64,000 bases of DNA from Mobula hypostoma (Eukaryota): contig NC_086108.1 of NCBI RefSeq assembly GCF_963921235.1, positions 101,744,001-101,808,000 on the forward strand, given 5' to 3'. A model generated the notes under the pieces. It was not told the origin of the DNA. It ran no database searches and was given only the letters and a program-made list of their open reading frames with translations. Position 1 is the first letter of the stretch, and every line of letters begins with the position of its first letter. The position numbers and the translations under genes were made by a program. This document shows positions 52,001 to 59,689 of the stretch, in pieces.

Positions 52001-55000
52001 CATTTAAATTTCTGGGAGTTATATTTGTTTCACGATTAACATGGGCAGACCATATCAGGAAAGTTGAGGAGAAATGTAAAAAAGTAATAAATGTGATGAG
52101 ATGTTTGACTGGTAGGGAATGGGGAGCAAGTTGTTCAGCTTTGAAGAGAATGTATGTGGCTTTAGTAAGATCTGTATTGGATTATGGAAATATAGTATAT
52201 GGATCAGCAGCTAGGTCTCTTATAAAGAAACTGGATGTGATTCAGGCTCAGGCCTTGAGAGTGTGCAGTGGGGCTTTTAAAACGTCACCAGTGTCAGCCC
52301 TACAGGTAGAAATGGGAATGATGCCTTTGGAACTAAGAAGGATGCAACTGATGGCAAACTACTGGGCTAACTTGCAGGGGCACAATGATTCTCACCCTAC
52401 TAAAGGAGTGTTGCAGGAGTGCTGGGAAAATGGGAGGTTTCAGAGGGATACCTTTAGTCGGGTAGGGAATGATATCGCGAAAGAATGTGGAGTATTTGAT
52501 CTGAGGATAAGTCCTTCAGTAGTTTATCCGGTTGTAGCTCCATGGAAGCTTGTATGGCCTGACATAGACTGGCATTTGTTAGAGGTAAAAAGGAAAGAAA
52601 GATATAAAACAGATTTGGTAAATGCATTTAACTATCATGTGATGGAAAAGTATAGTGATTATACTGACATTTATATGGATGGTGCGAAGGAACCTGAAAC
52701 AGGAGTAACAGGGTTTGGGGTGGTAATACCAGCAAAAGAAATTGGAATCAGCGAAAGAAATTGGAATCAGCAGAAGAACATCTAATAAGTTAGGGGTGTT
52801 TACAGTGGAGATACTGGCAGTGTTGGTTGCATTGCAATGGGTGCAGAAAGCCAGACAAGCCAAAGCATTGATATGTTCAGATTGATCCTCAGTTCTAGCA
52901 AATTTAAGGTCTTTTCACACAAACAGTCGGCATGATGTACTTTATGAAGTCCTTCAGTTAGTTACAAGAATTGCAAATCAGGGAGGTCAGGTAAAATTTC
53001 TATGGGTTCCAGCACATGTAGGGGTGAAGGGGAATGAGAGGGTGGATGAGTTGGCAAAGAGGGCATTAAAGAAAGAAAATGTGGAAATGCACATTAGTAT
53101 CAGTAAAGCAGAGATTAAGTGTGTAATCTGGGAAAAAGTCAACCGAATATGGCAAGAAAGATGGGACAGGGAGGCGAAAGGGAGGCATTTATATCAAATA
53201 CAAAAGAGTGTTGCAGTTACTAGGGTAGGTAATGGAAACAGAAGAGAGGAAATTGTGTGGACTAGGTTAAGGCTGGGGCACTGTGCATTAAACAAAACAT
53301 TGAAAATGATAGGGAAACACCAGACAGGATTGTGTGAGGAATGTCAGGAAGAGGAGTCAGTAGAACATGTAGTTCTGAGTTGCAGGAAGTATGGGATACA
53401 GAGAGAGATGATGAGAAATAAATTAAGGGAGTTGGGGATGCAGGAATTCACATTAAAAGGGTTGCTGGGCATGGGTGAGAGCACAAGTCTGGGTATTTTT
53501 AGCGCTTTTAAGGGGTACAGGGGTTTTTTATAGAATATGACGAATAAACAGGAATAGGGTACTAGGATGGTCAAAGATGGGAGGGTGAACTGTAGGTTTG
53601 TGTGTGTGTGTGCGCACGCGCGATTGGGTGAAGGGATTTAGAATGTATGTCTAGTGCACATTCTGGAGCAGAGGGTGGCAGTAATGCACCATTAAGCTGG
53701 ATGCCAACCGCCGTAAAACAAGATACAGAGAGAGAGGAGAATGGGCAAAGCACTGGCAGATGAAATAGGGTGTTGGAAAGTGTATGGTCATGCACTTCAA
53801 TAGAAGAAATGAAAGGGGTGACTGTTTTCTAAATGGAGATAAAGTACAAAAAAGAGGTGCAAAGAGACTTGGGAGTCTTTGATCAGGATTCTGTAAAGGT
53901 TATTTTGCAGACTGAGTCTGTGGAAAGGAAGGCAAATGCAATATTAGCATTCATTTCAAGAGGACTAGAATATAAAAGCAAGGATGTAATGTTGAGACTT
54001 TATAAAGCACCAGTGAGGCTTCTCCTGAGCAATTTTGGGCCCCTTATGTTAGAAAGGATGTGCTGAAACTGGAGAGGGTACAAAGGTGGTTCATGAAAAT
54101 GATTCTAGGATTGAATGACTTGTCATATGAAGAAATCTGATGGCTCTGGCCCTGTATTCACGAGAATTCAGAAGAATGAGGGGTGACCTAATTGAAACCT
54201 ATCGAATGTTGAAAGGCCTTGATAGAGTGGCTGTAGAGAAGATGGTTACTATGGTGGGGAGTCTAAACCCAGAGGACACCTTCAGAATAGAGGGAGGTCC
54301 TTTTGGAATAGAGATGAGAAGAATTTCTTTAGCTAGAGAGTGGTGAATCTGTGAAATTCCTTGCCACAGGCAGCTATGGAGGTCAAGTCTTTATGTACAT
54401 TTAAGGCATTGTTTGATGGATTCGTCATTGTTCAGGGTGTGAATGGATATAGGGAAAAGGTAGGAGATTGGGACTGAAAGGGAATTGGATCAGTCATGAT
54501 TACATGGCAGAGCTGACTTGATGTGCCAAATGGCATAATTCTGCTCCTATGTCTTATGGACTGAGTGGTACCAGAGAACTGAAGGATTGCCAATATTCTG
54601 GTGCTGTTTGAAGAAGGAAATTATAGGCCAGTGATATGACATTAGTTGTGAGAAAGTAATGGAATTTGAAGGGATTGGATATATAAGTATTTAGATAGAC
54701 ATGGACTGATTGAAGGTAGTCAGCATGGTAGGTCACGTCTAACCAATCATATAGAGATTTTCAAGGAAGTTACCAGAAATATGGATGAAGGGAATGCAGT
54801 GGATGTTGTTTACATGGACTTTAGCAAGGCATTTGACAAGGTCCTGCATGGGAGGTTGGTCAAAACTGCTTAGTCACTCAGCATCAGGATGAGATAATGA
54901 ATTGGATTAGACATTGGCTTTATGGCAGATTCCAGAGTGGTAGAAGAGAGTTGCCTCACTGACTGGAGGGTTGTGACTCGTGGTGTGCTGCAGGGATCAG

Positions 55001-58000
55001 TGCTGGGTCCTTTGCTGTTTGTCATCCATATCAATGATCTGGATGATAATGTAGTTAACTGGATGAGCAAATTTGCAGATGACACCAAGATTAGGAGTGT
55101 AGTGACAGTGTTGAAGACTATCATGGCTTGCAGTAGGATCTGTATCAGCTGGAAAAGTGGGCTGAAAAATGGCAGATGGAATTTAATAGAGACAATTGTG
55201 AGGTTTTGCACTTTGGTTGAACCCACCGGGGTAGGTCTTACTCAATGAATGGTAGGGCAATGGAGTGTGGAAGAACAAAGGGATTTGGGAATGCAGGACC
55301 ATAATACATTGAAAGTGAGTCACAGAAAGATAAGGTCATAAAGAAAGCTTTTGGCACATTGGTCTTCATAAAAAAAAAATGAGTACAGGAGATGGGATAT
55401 TACATTGATGTTGTATGAGATGTTGGTGAGGCCTGATATAGAGTGTTGTGTGTAGGGTTGGTTGCCTACCTAGAGGAAAAAATGTAAACAAGGTTGAAAG
55501 AGTATAGAGAAAATTTACAAGGATGTTGTGTGGTCGGGAAGATCTGAGTTACATGGGAAGATTGAATCAGTTAGGACTGCCTTCTTTCAAATGTAGAAGA
55601 TTGAAAGGAGATTTGATTGAGGTATACAAAAATATAAGGGATATAGTTAGGATAAATGCAAACAGGCATTTTCCACTGAGGCTGGGTGGGACAACAACCA
55701 GAAGTCATGTATTAAGGGTGAAAGGTGAGAAGTTTAAGGGAAACATAAGGAAATCTCTTCACTCAGAGGGGCATGAGTGTAGAATGAGCCACCAGCAAAA
55801 GTAGTACATGTGAGCTCAATTTAAGTGTTTAAGAGAAGTTTGGATGGGTACCTGAATAAGAGGGGTATAGAGGACTATGATCTTGGTGCAAGTTGATGGG
55901 AGTGGGCATCTTAAATGGTTTTGACATGGATAAGATGGGTCAAAGGGTCTGTTTCTGTGCTAGACTTCTTTATGACTAATCTCACCCTTCCCTTCCATAT
56001 AACCCACCTATTTTTATCAATGAGTCTACCTTGGTGTCTCTTAAATGTCACCAATATATCTGTCTCTAACACCTTCCAAGGTATTGCATTCCATACATCC
56101 ACCAATCTCTGTCTAAAAACTTATTGTTGACCTTCCCACTAAACACACCTCCAATCAACTTACAATTATGCCCCCTCATATTAACCACTTTTGCCCTGGA
56201 AAGTCTGTTCTCTCTGTCTTTGCCTCTCATAATTGTGTACACCAGTATCGAATATCGGAAGCACAATATCCTGTTGTAACCTAACAACCTTCCACATTAT
56301 TCACAACACCACCACCCTTTTTTTGGATAGTTAACAATTGAAAGGATCTTGGTCAGCAGGGATGAGTTGGGCAAAAGGCCTACTTCTATGCTGTGTAAAT
56401 CTATGGATTTAAGTTGTTCTTCTCATTTATGTTTGACCTCTCTGTAGTAATGGAGGAGCCTGATGACAGTGTTGGAGTAGAAAGGAGAGTTAAAATGACA
56501 TGCAACTGGAAACTTGTGGTAGCCACTGCAGACAGAGTACAGGTGCTCTGCAAAATGATCACCTGGTCTCTGCAGACAAGCTGATGAACACCTCCATCTA
56601 TTAATGCATGCCAGCTACTAACATCCACAAAATGCTGGAGGAACTCAGCAGGTCAGACAGCATCTATGGAAATGAATAAATAGTCAAAGGTTTGGACCAA
56701 GACCCTTCTTCAGGACTGGAAGGAAAGGGATAAGATGCCAAAATAAAAAGGTAGAAAGTTGGGTTTAGAGGAAGAAGGATAACTAGAAGTTGATAGGTGA
56801 AGCCAGGTGGGTAGGAAAGGGATAGAGAGAAAGGAATCTGCTAGGAGAGGAGAGTGGACCACAGTAGAAACGGAAGGAGGAGGGAAACTAGGGGTCATGA
56901 TAGACAGGTGAGAAGAGAGAAAAGGCCAGTATGGGGAATAGAAGGAGAGAAGAGGAAAATTTTTTACTGGCAGGAGAAATTGATGTTCGTGACATCAGGT
57001 TGGAAACATATAAGGTGCAACACCTTCACCCGGAGAATGGCCTCCTCGTGGCACAAGCGGACACCAAGGAATGACATTTCGGAATAGGAATCGGAATTAA
57101 AATGTTTGGCTATTGGGAAATTCTGTTTTTTTGGCAGATGGAGTGGAGGTACTTGATGAGACAGTCTCCTAGTCTAGGATGGGTTTCAACAGTGTAGAGG
57201 CCACATTGGGAGCACTGGACAAAATATTATGTCTCAAGAGAACTGGGGTTCAGTGCAGTGCAAGGGAGCTTTGGAAATGGGACCCCAGTGAGAATAAAGA
57301 GAGCACAGGAAAAAGGATTCCAGTACATTTAATGGAACACAGAAACTGATAATCTGATGAGTTGAAGGGAGAACAGAGGGGGAACTGGTGAGTTTTGGGG
57401 GTGGGGTGGGGTGGTGGGAGGGAAACATCATCAGTGAGCCAGGTGCTCAACCATTAGGATTTAGACGGTTAGGATTTAACCATTATGGTTGTAGACGGGT
57501 CATATTCTGTATGGAGGTCGGTGACCAGTGGTGTGCCTCAGGGATCTGTCCTGGGACCCCTACTCTTCACGGTTTTTATAGATGACTTGGATGAGGAAGT
57601 GGTGGGATGCATTATAAATATGCCGATGACACAAAGGTTGGGGGTGTTGTGGATAGTGTGGAGGGCTGTCAGAGGTTACAGCGGGACATTGATAGGATGC
57701 AAAACTGGGCTGAGAAGTGGCAGATGGAATTCAACCCAAGTAATTGTGAAGTAGTTCATTTTGGTAGGTCAAATATGATGGCAGAATATAGTATTAATGG
57801 GAAGACTCTTGGCAGTATGGAGGATCAGAAGGTTCTTGGGGTCTGAGTCCATGGGACACTCAAAGCTGCTACGCAGGTTGACTCTGTGGTTAAGAAGGCA
57901 CGCGGTGCATTGGCCTTCATCAATCGCGGAATAGAATTTAGGAGCCGAGAGGTAATGTTGCAGCTATATAGGACCCTGGTCAGACCCCACTTGGAGTACT

Positions 58001-59283
58001 GTGCTCAGTTCTGGTCGCCTCACTACAGGAAGGATGTAGAAACCACAGAAAGGGTGCAGAGGAGATTTTCAAGGACGTTGCCTGGACTGGGGAGCATGTC
58101 TTATGAAAACAGGTTGAGTGGACTTGCCCTTTTCTCCTTGGAGTGACGAAGGATAAGAGGTAACCTGACAGAGGTGTATAAGATGAGGGGTATTGATCGT
58201 GTGGATAGTCAGAGGCTTTTTTCCAGGGCTGAAATGGCTGCCACAAGAGGGCACAGGTTTAAGGTGTTTGGGAGTAGGTACAGAGGAGATGTCAGGGGTA
58301 AGTTTTTTTTTGCGCAGGGAGTGGTGAGTGCGTGGATGGGCTGCCTGCAACGGTGGTGAAGGTGGATACAATAGAGTCTTTTAAGATACTTTTAGATAGG
58401 TACATGGAGCTTAGAAAAATAGAGGGCTATGGGTAAACCTAGTCATTTCTAAGGTAGGGACATGTTCAGCACAACTTTGTGGGCCAAAGGGCCTGTACTG
58501 TGCTGTAGGTTCTCTGTTTCTTTGATTTCTGAATCATTAGACAGCAGAGAATTGGTGTTATATTGTATATACTTCAGTCTTTCACTTCACCTGTAACTTG
58601 CTGCCTATTCAGCAGCTCCATCTACATCAGCGTACATTATCACCCTCTCACACTTTGCCACTCCTTCATCCATAAATTTATAAATGTTATCCAACACGTC
58701 TATTTCAGCATTGAACCCTGGGCAACTAGATACGAGCTCTCTACCATTATTTAATCTGATATACAACCATTTACTATCACTCTCTGATTTCTTTGTTCTT
58801 ACCTTCTCATACGATTGATTAGTTGGTCTTTGAACCAAGCTGGAGCTAACTGGCCAGGTTTTAGGCAAAAGGATTTTAACATCTGAAAAATAGAGCTTCT
58901 GTTTGGTAGCTTGATGCAGGAAGGAGGAGGCTTCAATCATCATCGCCTAAAGGAAAGAGGAGTTTAAAATCAATGTCTCATTATATTTTAATTACGATAC
59001 CAGAGCAATTATGGACACATTCTTTTAACTCTTACTCCTGTCATCAAATCCTAATTTCAAGGTAAGACAACATAACCTTGACACAAAGCAACAGATATGA
59101 ATTCATTTTAGATCTTACCTGGATTTCTTTAGGAAGCTTCTCATCGTATGGAATACTTGGTTTAATTGCAATCACAATGTCTTTGTATCCATTATCCACC
59201 ACATGTATTCCACAGCTGCTCCCAACATAAACACAGAGGAGGTAGTTGAACACCAAGGCAAAGGTTTTTCGCAGAACGATCAT
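851..59283 (-). CDS. CLCA1: CLCA-family gene (CLCA1/CLCA4-like), 5' part: coding exons 1-10, 563 codons, continuing past the window's left edge
   Basis: Ten GT-AG exons spliced by hand (59283-59119, 58946-58803, 43910-43760, 42529-42421, 38970-38805, 27964-27743, 4138-3914, 3832-3655, 1266-1160, 1072-851) total 1689 nt with no stop. They encode a signal peptide, HExxH metalloprotease, Cys-rich domain and VWA with MIDAS (DVSGS..T..D). Exon boundaries match the human CLCA1 layout as I recall it. Exact paralog identity is uncertain. Confidence 0.95.
1160..1266 (-). CDS. CLCA1: CLCA exon 9 ([36 protein letters not shown])
   Basis: TAG acceptor, GAG|GT donor, 107 nt; NGLIDAF motif. Confidence 0.94.
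1330..2780 (-). mobile_element. Highly decayed CR1 LINE (endonuclease region) interrupted by a SINE
   Basis: Degenerate similarity to other CR1 copies in the window (e.g. VAITQ, EVALLI remnants). Confidence 0.5.
1590..1830 (+). mobile_element. V-SINE (HE1-like) copy
   Basis: Core gtgggtttcctctaaatgctctgatttcctcccacagtccaaagatg; tail aataaataaataaa. Confidence 0.6.
3095..3480 (+). mobile_element. V-SINE (HE1-like) copy with a small CR1 tail inserted
   Basis: tRNA-like head (gagttcaattccc) plus core gtgggtttcctccgggtgttccagtttcctcc. Confidence 0.6.
3655..3832 (-). CDS. CLCA1: CLCA exon 8 ([31 protein letters not shown]...[21 protein letters not shown])
   Basis: tttcAG acceptor, G|GTAAC donor; LLTDGED and IHTIALGP motifs. 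Confidence 0.96.
3914..4138 (-). CDS. CLCA1: CLCA exon 7 ([20 protein letters not shown]...[15 protein letters not shown])
   Basis: CAG acceptor, CAG|GTAGG donor, 75 codons; GGTSIC motif. Confidence 0.96.
4642..5320 (-). mobile_element. Non-autonomous RTE-derived element (5' UTR-like head, (GAT)n tail) carrying an inserted tRNA-SINE
   Basis: Minus strand ends ...catcgatgatgatggatgaac, a (GAT)n tail like the RTE at 34640; GC-rich head near 5310. Confidence 0.4.
4684..4828 (-). mobile_element. Short tRNA-derived SINE with poly(A) tail
   Basis: B-box-like GAGTTCGAAGC; A-tail (T-run at 4684-4691 on +); splits the host hairpin ctcgacaccat...atggtgtcgag. Confidence 0.5.
5345..6120 (-). mobile_element. 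CR1 LINE 3' end (continues at 15508-18850)
   Basis: RLSY...[15 protein letters not shown]-terminus, (ataagacc) tail; sequence resumes collinearly after the L1. Confidence 0.85.
6412..6598. mobile_element. Penelope-like terminal fragment in inverted arrangement with a decayed hammerhead motif
   Basis: Arms gctggtgaacgtagcaggccaggcagcatctctagg / cctagagatgctgcctggcctgctgcattcaccag; CTGACGA..AAAACATC. Confidence 0.7.
8682..8820. mobile_element. Palindromic Penelope-end insertion with a perfect 44-bp inverted repeat and 14-bp TSD
   Basis: Arms 8717-8760 and 8777-8820 are exact reverse complements; TTCTTAAACATAAA at 8668-8681 and 8821-8834. Confidence 0.85.
10383..10669 (-). repeat. Gypsy 3' LTR
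   Basis: Preceded on the minus strand by a G-rich PPT; AATAAA at 10461-10456. Confidence 0.95.
10929..12518 (-). CDS. pol: Gypsy pol remnant: RNase H + integrase (529 aa)
   Basis: [30 protein letters not shown] (RNase H); H..H..C..C; HVD / TSD / LVERF DDE triad. Confidence 0.9.
   Translation of the reverse strand: MGMVNFYHRFLPSAARTMRSLFTLMSGKGKDITWDEEAATAFVKTKEALANAAMLVHPRMDIPTALTVDASNTAVGGVLEQLIEGRWQPLAFFSKHLRPPELKYSAFDRELLALYLAIRHFRYFLEDRPFTAFTDHKALTFAFMKVSDPWSSRQQQHLSYISEYTTDIRHVSGKDNVVADALSRPTIQALSQEVDYAALAETQQADTEIPSYRTAVSGLQLQDLPVGPGERTLLCDVATGQPRPVVPAAWRQRVFESIHNLSHPSIRTTVRLVANRFVWHGLRKQVSEWAKTCMECQTAKVQRHTKAPLQRFKPSRRRFDHIHVDIMGPLPVSRGARYLLTMIDRFTRWPEAVPLSDTTSESCARALIATWVARFGIPAHITSDRSAQFTSSLWSAMASLLGSQLHHTTAYHPQSNGLVERFNRHLKSAVMAHLEGPNWVDELPWVLLGIRTAPKEDLHTSLAELVYGAPLVVPGEFILAPRGQEEEPTAVLDRLRERLGNLAPIPTSQHGQSPTCIPKDLQNCKFLFV
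12733..13752 (-). CDS. gag: Gypsy gag-protease ORF
   Basis: KLPSFW....LWF.QAEAQF gag; CFYHQRWG knuckle-like region; [11 protein letters not shown] aspartic protease; LLGADFL. Confidence 0.85.
   Translation of the reverse strand: MTDAASVHAVSLKLPSFWTLQPQLWFEQAEAQFRIRQITSESTHYYYVLSSLDQETAAQVEEFIQSPPEDGKYTAFKALLIRTFGLSRCERARRLMHLAGLGDRPPLALMNEMLALAEGHKPCLMFEQAFLEQLPEDKSLLLSDADFSNPREVAAWADVLWNARKERGASVAQITKPRAQRQTRPGPAAEPTKPGDGSEEPNEQWCFYHQRWGTEARRYRPPCKFPGNARAQPLPIATAAGHQDSLLYVWDKQSGRRFLVDTGAEISVLPPTSYDTRNREPGPTLRAANGSTIRTYGTRTVRLQFSSSRFTWDFTLAIVAQPLLGADFLRAHSLLVDLQ
13793..14079 (-). repeat. Gypsy 5' LTR
   Basis: TG...CA ends; 19 mismatches over 287 bp to the other LTR by hand count; AATAAA at 13871-13866. 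Confidence 0.95.
17576..17960 (+). mobile_element. CR1 3' fragment
   Basis: [16 protein letters not shown]; (tttctatg) tail; tgatac flanking duplication. Confidence 0.85.
18124..18801. mobile_element. Solo LTR
   Basis: TG...CA ends, 4-bp TSD CAAC (18120-18123 / 18802-18805); host CR1 is collinear across it. Confidence 0.7.
20034..21885 (+). mobile_element. CR1 LINE, 5'-truncated RT region
   Basis: [40 protein letters not shown]; ctattctatgttct tail. Confidence 0.92.
22386..23346 (-). mobile_element. Solo LTR inserted in the old Gypsy RT
   Basis: TGTCACG...CGTCACA ends, near-TSD acac/atac; host IFEG|IP..ETMMD is collinear. Confidence 0.7.
24577..25575 (-). mobile_element. Rex1/Babar-type LINE RT fragment
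   Basis: [42 protein letters not shown]. Confidence 0.8.
25795..26744 (-). mobile_element. hAT (Charlie/Buster-like) internally deleted DNA transposon
   Basis: TIRs CAGGTGTCCCCAACC / GGTTGGGGACTGCTG; perfect 8-bp TSD CTGTAGAG; hAT C-terminal remnant [19 protein letters not shown]. Confidence 0.9.
27022..27642 (+). mobile_element. Penelope-like element 3' end (GIY-YIG C-terminus, pyrimidine-rich UTR, hammerhead motif)
   Basis: 27022-27210 reads [25 protein letters not shown]...[23 protein letters not shown]. Confidence 0.85.
27508..27545 (+). ncRNA. Minimal type I hammerhead ribozyme motif (Penelope-associated)
   Basis: CUGACGA (27513-19), short stem II, GAAAC-GUC (27533-40), flanking stem I uaguc/aacug with one mismatch. 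Confidence 0.65.
27743..27964 (-). CDS. CLCA1: CLCA exon 6 ([31 protein letters not shown]...[15 protein letters not shown]); start of VWA/MIDAS
   Basis: TAG acceptor, GTAAG donor, 74 codons; EFC...HN.EAPN.QN..C..RSTW and DxSxS motifs. Confidence 0.96.
28225..28540 (-). mobile_element. CR1 3' fragment
   Basis: [27 protein letters not shown]. Confidence 0.8.
28860..29115 (+). mobile_element. V-SINE copy (further minus-strand copies near 29780-29970, 37190-37410, 42585-42750)
   Basis: ggttcaatt B-box-like head plus degenerate gggttt...tgctctggttttttcccac core. Confidence 0.5.
30161..30287. repeat. Imperfect tandem duplication of about 61 bp
   Basis: aagtcac.ttg.agaatgtacaagcag.agct.taatac.gtgaggtt..ggtcact.atgaagt occurs twice. 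Confidence 0.75.
30637..35046 (+). mobile_element. Rex1/Babar-type LINE remnant split by an RTE insertion (30637-31373 and 34648-35046)
   Basis: [21 protein letters not shown] collinear across the [16 protein letters not shown]. Confidence 0.7.
31374..34642 (+). mobile_element. RTE-clade LINE, near full length, decayed
   Basis: [26 protein letters not shown] (endonuclease); RYADD (RT); [11 protein letters not shown]; (GAT)n tail. Confidence 0.88.
35047..36810 (+). mobile_element. CR1 LINE, 5'-truncated
   Basis: [32 protein letters not shown]. Confidence 0.9.
37800..38400 (+). mobile_element. Rex1/Babar-type LINE fragment
   Basis: [26 protein letters not shown]. Confidence 0.65.
38805..38970 (-). 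CDS. CLCA1: CLCA exon 5, Cys-rich ([55 protein letters not shown])
   Basis: Not in the ORF track in the correct frame; tttcAG acceptor, GTAAG donor, 166 nt, phase 2 to 0. Confidence 0.93.
40075..41197. mobile_element. LTR-like element with internal tandem repeats
   Basis: TGTCA...TGACA ends; repeated gaggctcagggtctc.ggtc.tgagctcggctgcggggtc units at about 40370-40525; no clean TSD. Confidence 0.55.
42421..42529 (-). CDS. CLCA1: CLCA exon 4, catalytic HExxH exon ([37 protein letters not shown])
   Basis: Not in the ORF track; read by hand. ttttcctatAG acceptor, AG|GTGAG donor, 109 nt, phase 1 to 2. Confidence 0.95.
42964..43010. repeat. (GT)n/(GC)n alternating microsatellite
   Basis: gtgtgtgt...gcgcacgtgcgcgcacac. 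Confidence 0.8.
43760..43910 (-). CDS. CLCA1: CLCA exon 3 ([39 protein letters not shown]...YGKK)
   Basis: CAG acceptor, G|GTAAG phase-1 donor; PYT.Q...CGEKG..IHLTP motif. Confidence 0.96.
43980..47550 (+). mobile_element. Cluster of decayed CR1 fragments (includes a minus-strand CR1 3' end at about 44517-45095 and a solo LTR)
   Basis: Endonuclease and RT remnants; ORF 44457-45218 is a CR1 RT C-terminus. Confidence 0.8.
46796..47236. mobile_element. Solo LTR
   Basis: TGTCA...TGACA ends with 5-bp TSD ATGTC (46791-46795 / 47237-47241). Confidence 0.75.
47551..50660 (+). mobile_element. Young CR1 LINE with near-complete ORF2 (endonuclease + RT)
   Basis: ORFs 47637-49040, 49048-49797 and 49804-50475: [36 protein letters not shown]; few disablements. 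Confidence 0.95.
51378..53735 (+). mobile_element. I-clade (Nimb/I-like) LINE with RT, RNase H and C-terminal CCHC, 5'-truncated
   Basis: [47 protein letters not shown] (RNase H); RLRLGH..CEEC..EHVVLSC. Confidence 0.88.
53736..55975 (+). mobile_element. Decayed CR1 fragments
   Basis: [24 protein letters not shown] remnants. Confidence 0.8.
56625..57240 (-). mobile_element. Decayed Penelope-like 3' end with a degenerate hammerhead at 56718-56681
   Basis: Minus strand cagtcCTGAAGAagggtcttggtccAAACctttgacta followed by atagatgctgtctgacctgctgagttcctccagca. Confidence 0.65.
57487..58530 (+). mobile_element. CR1 3' part
   Basis: [30 protein letters not shown]. Confidence 0.9.
58803..58946 (-). 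CDS. CLCA1: CLCA exon 2 ([31 protein letters not shown]...QSYEK)
   Basis: AG acceptor 58948-58947, GTAAG donor; 48 codons; matches CLCA AS.YL..AT....YF..V.IL.P.TW pattern. Confidence 0.95.
59119..59283 (-). CDS. CLCA1: CLCA exon 1 (signal peptide; [16 protein letters not shown]...[25 protein letters not shown])
   Basis: ATG at 59283; hydrophobic leader followed by NGY.DIVIAI motif; donor CAG|GTAAG at 59119/59118. Confidence 0.92.
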
Positions 59284-59310
59284 TGCACTGAAGTTTTGCT
59301 CCACTCCACT

Positions 59311-59373
59311 CACTTCCTGTGCCAGTGAATGCACCTTTGACAGCAAATTGAAAGTAATAAATTAAATTTTATA
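59311..59373 (-). promoter_or_regulatory. Candidate CLCA core promoter: TATAAAA (59373-59367) and ETS-like ACAGGAAGTG (59320-59311)
   Basis: TATAAAA lies about 85 nt upstream of the ATG on the gene strand, in repeat-free sequence; motif match only. Confidence 0.4.
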
Positions 59374-59689
59374 CTCTCAGCACAAAAGGGGTTGGACATT
59401 GGCTCAGAATTTCTCACATTACAGTCTTTCAGCATCAGCAATTTTAACTTAACAAGCAATTATCTTAGACAGAGCTGCAAGAATAGGTCATTCTGAAATT
59501 AACCTAAGCATAATCCTTCCGTGAGAAACAAATTCAACTTGCTTTGTGACCTTTCTCAGGTTTAAGGTGTGAGAACCTGAGGAAAATTATGTACTGTAGG
59601 TGAAATAGAGAAGGTAGATCCTCCTTGCAATTCAGGTATTTCTGTCCTGAAGGAAACAGAAGAACAGATGGAGAGACATACCATCATTG

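Noticed and set aside
851..59283. CLCA as a pseudogene
   Set aside because: All ten exons splice in frame with canonical sites and no stops; only the motif substitutions are unusual.
59517..59527. STAT6 site upstream of CLCA
   Set aside because: Spacing is TTC-N5-GAA, not N4.
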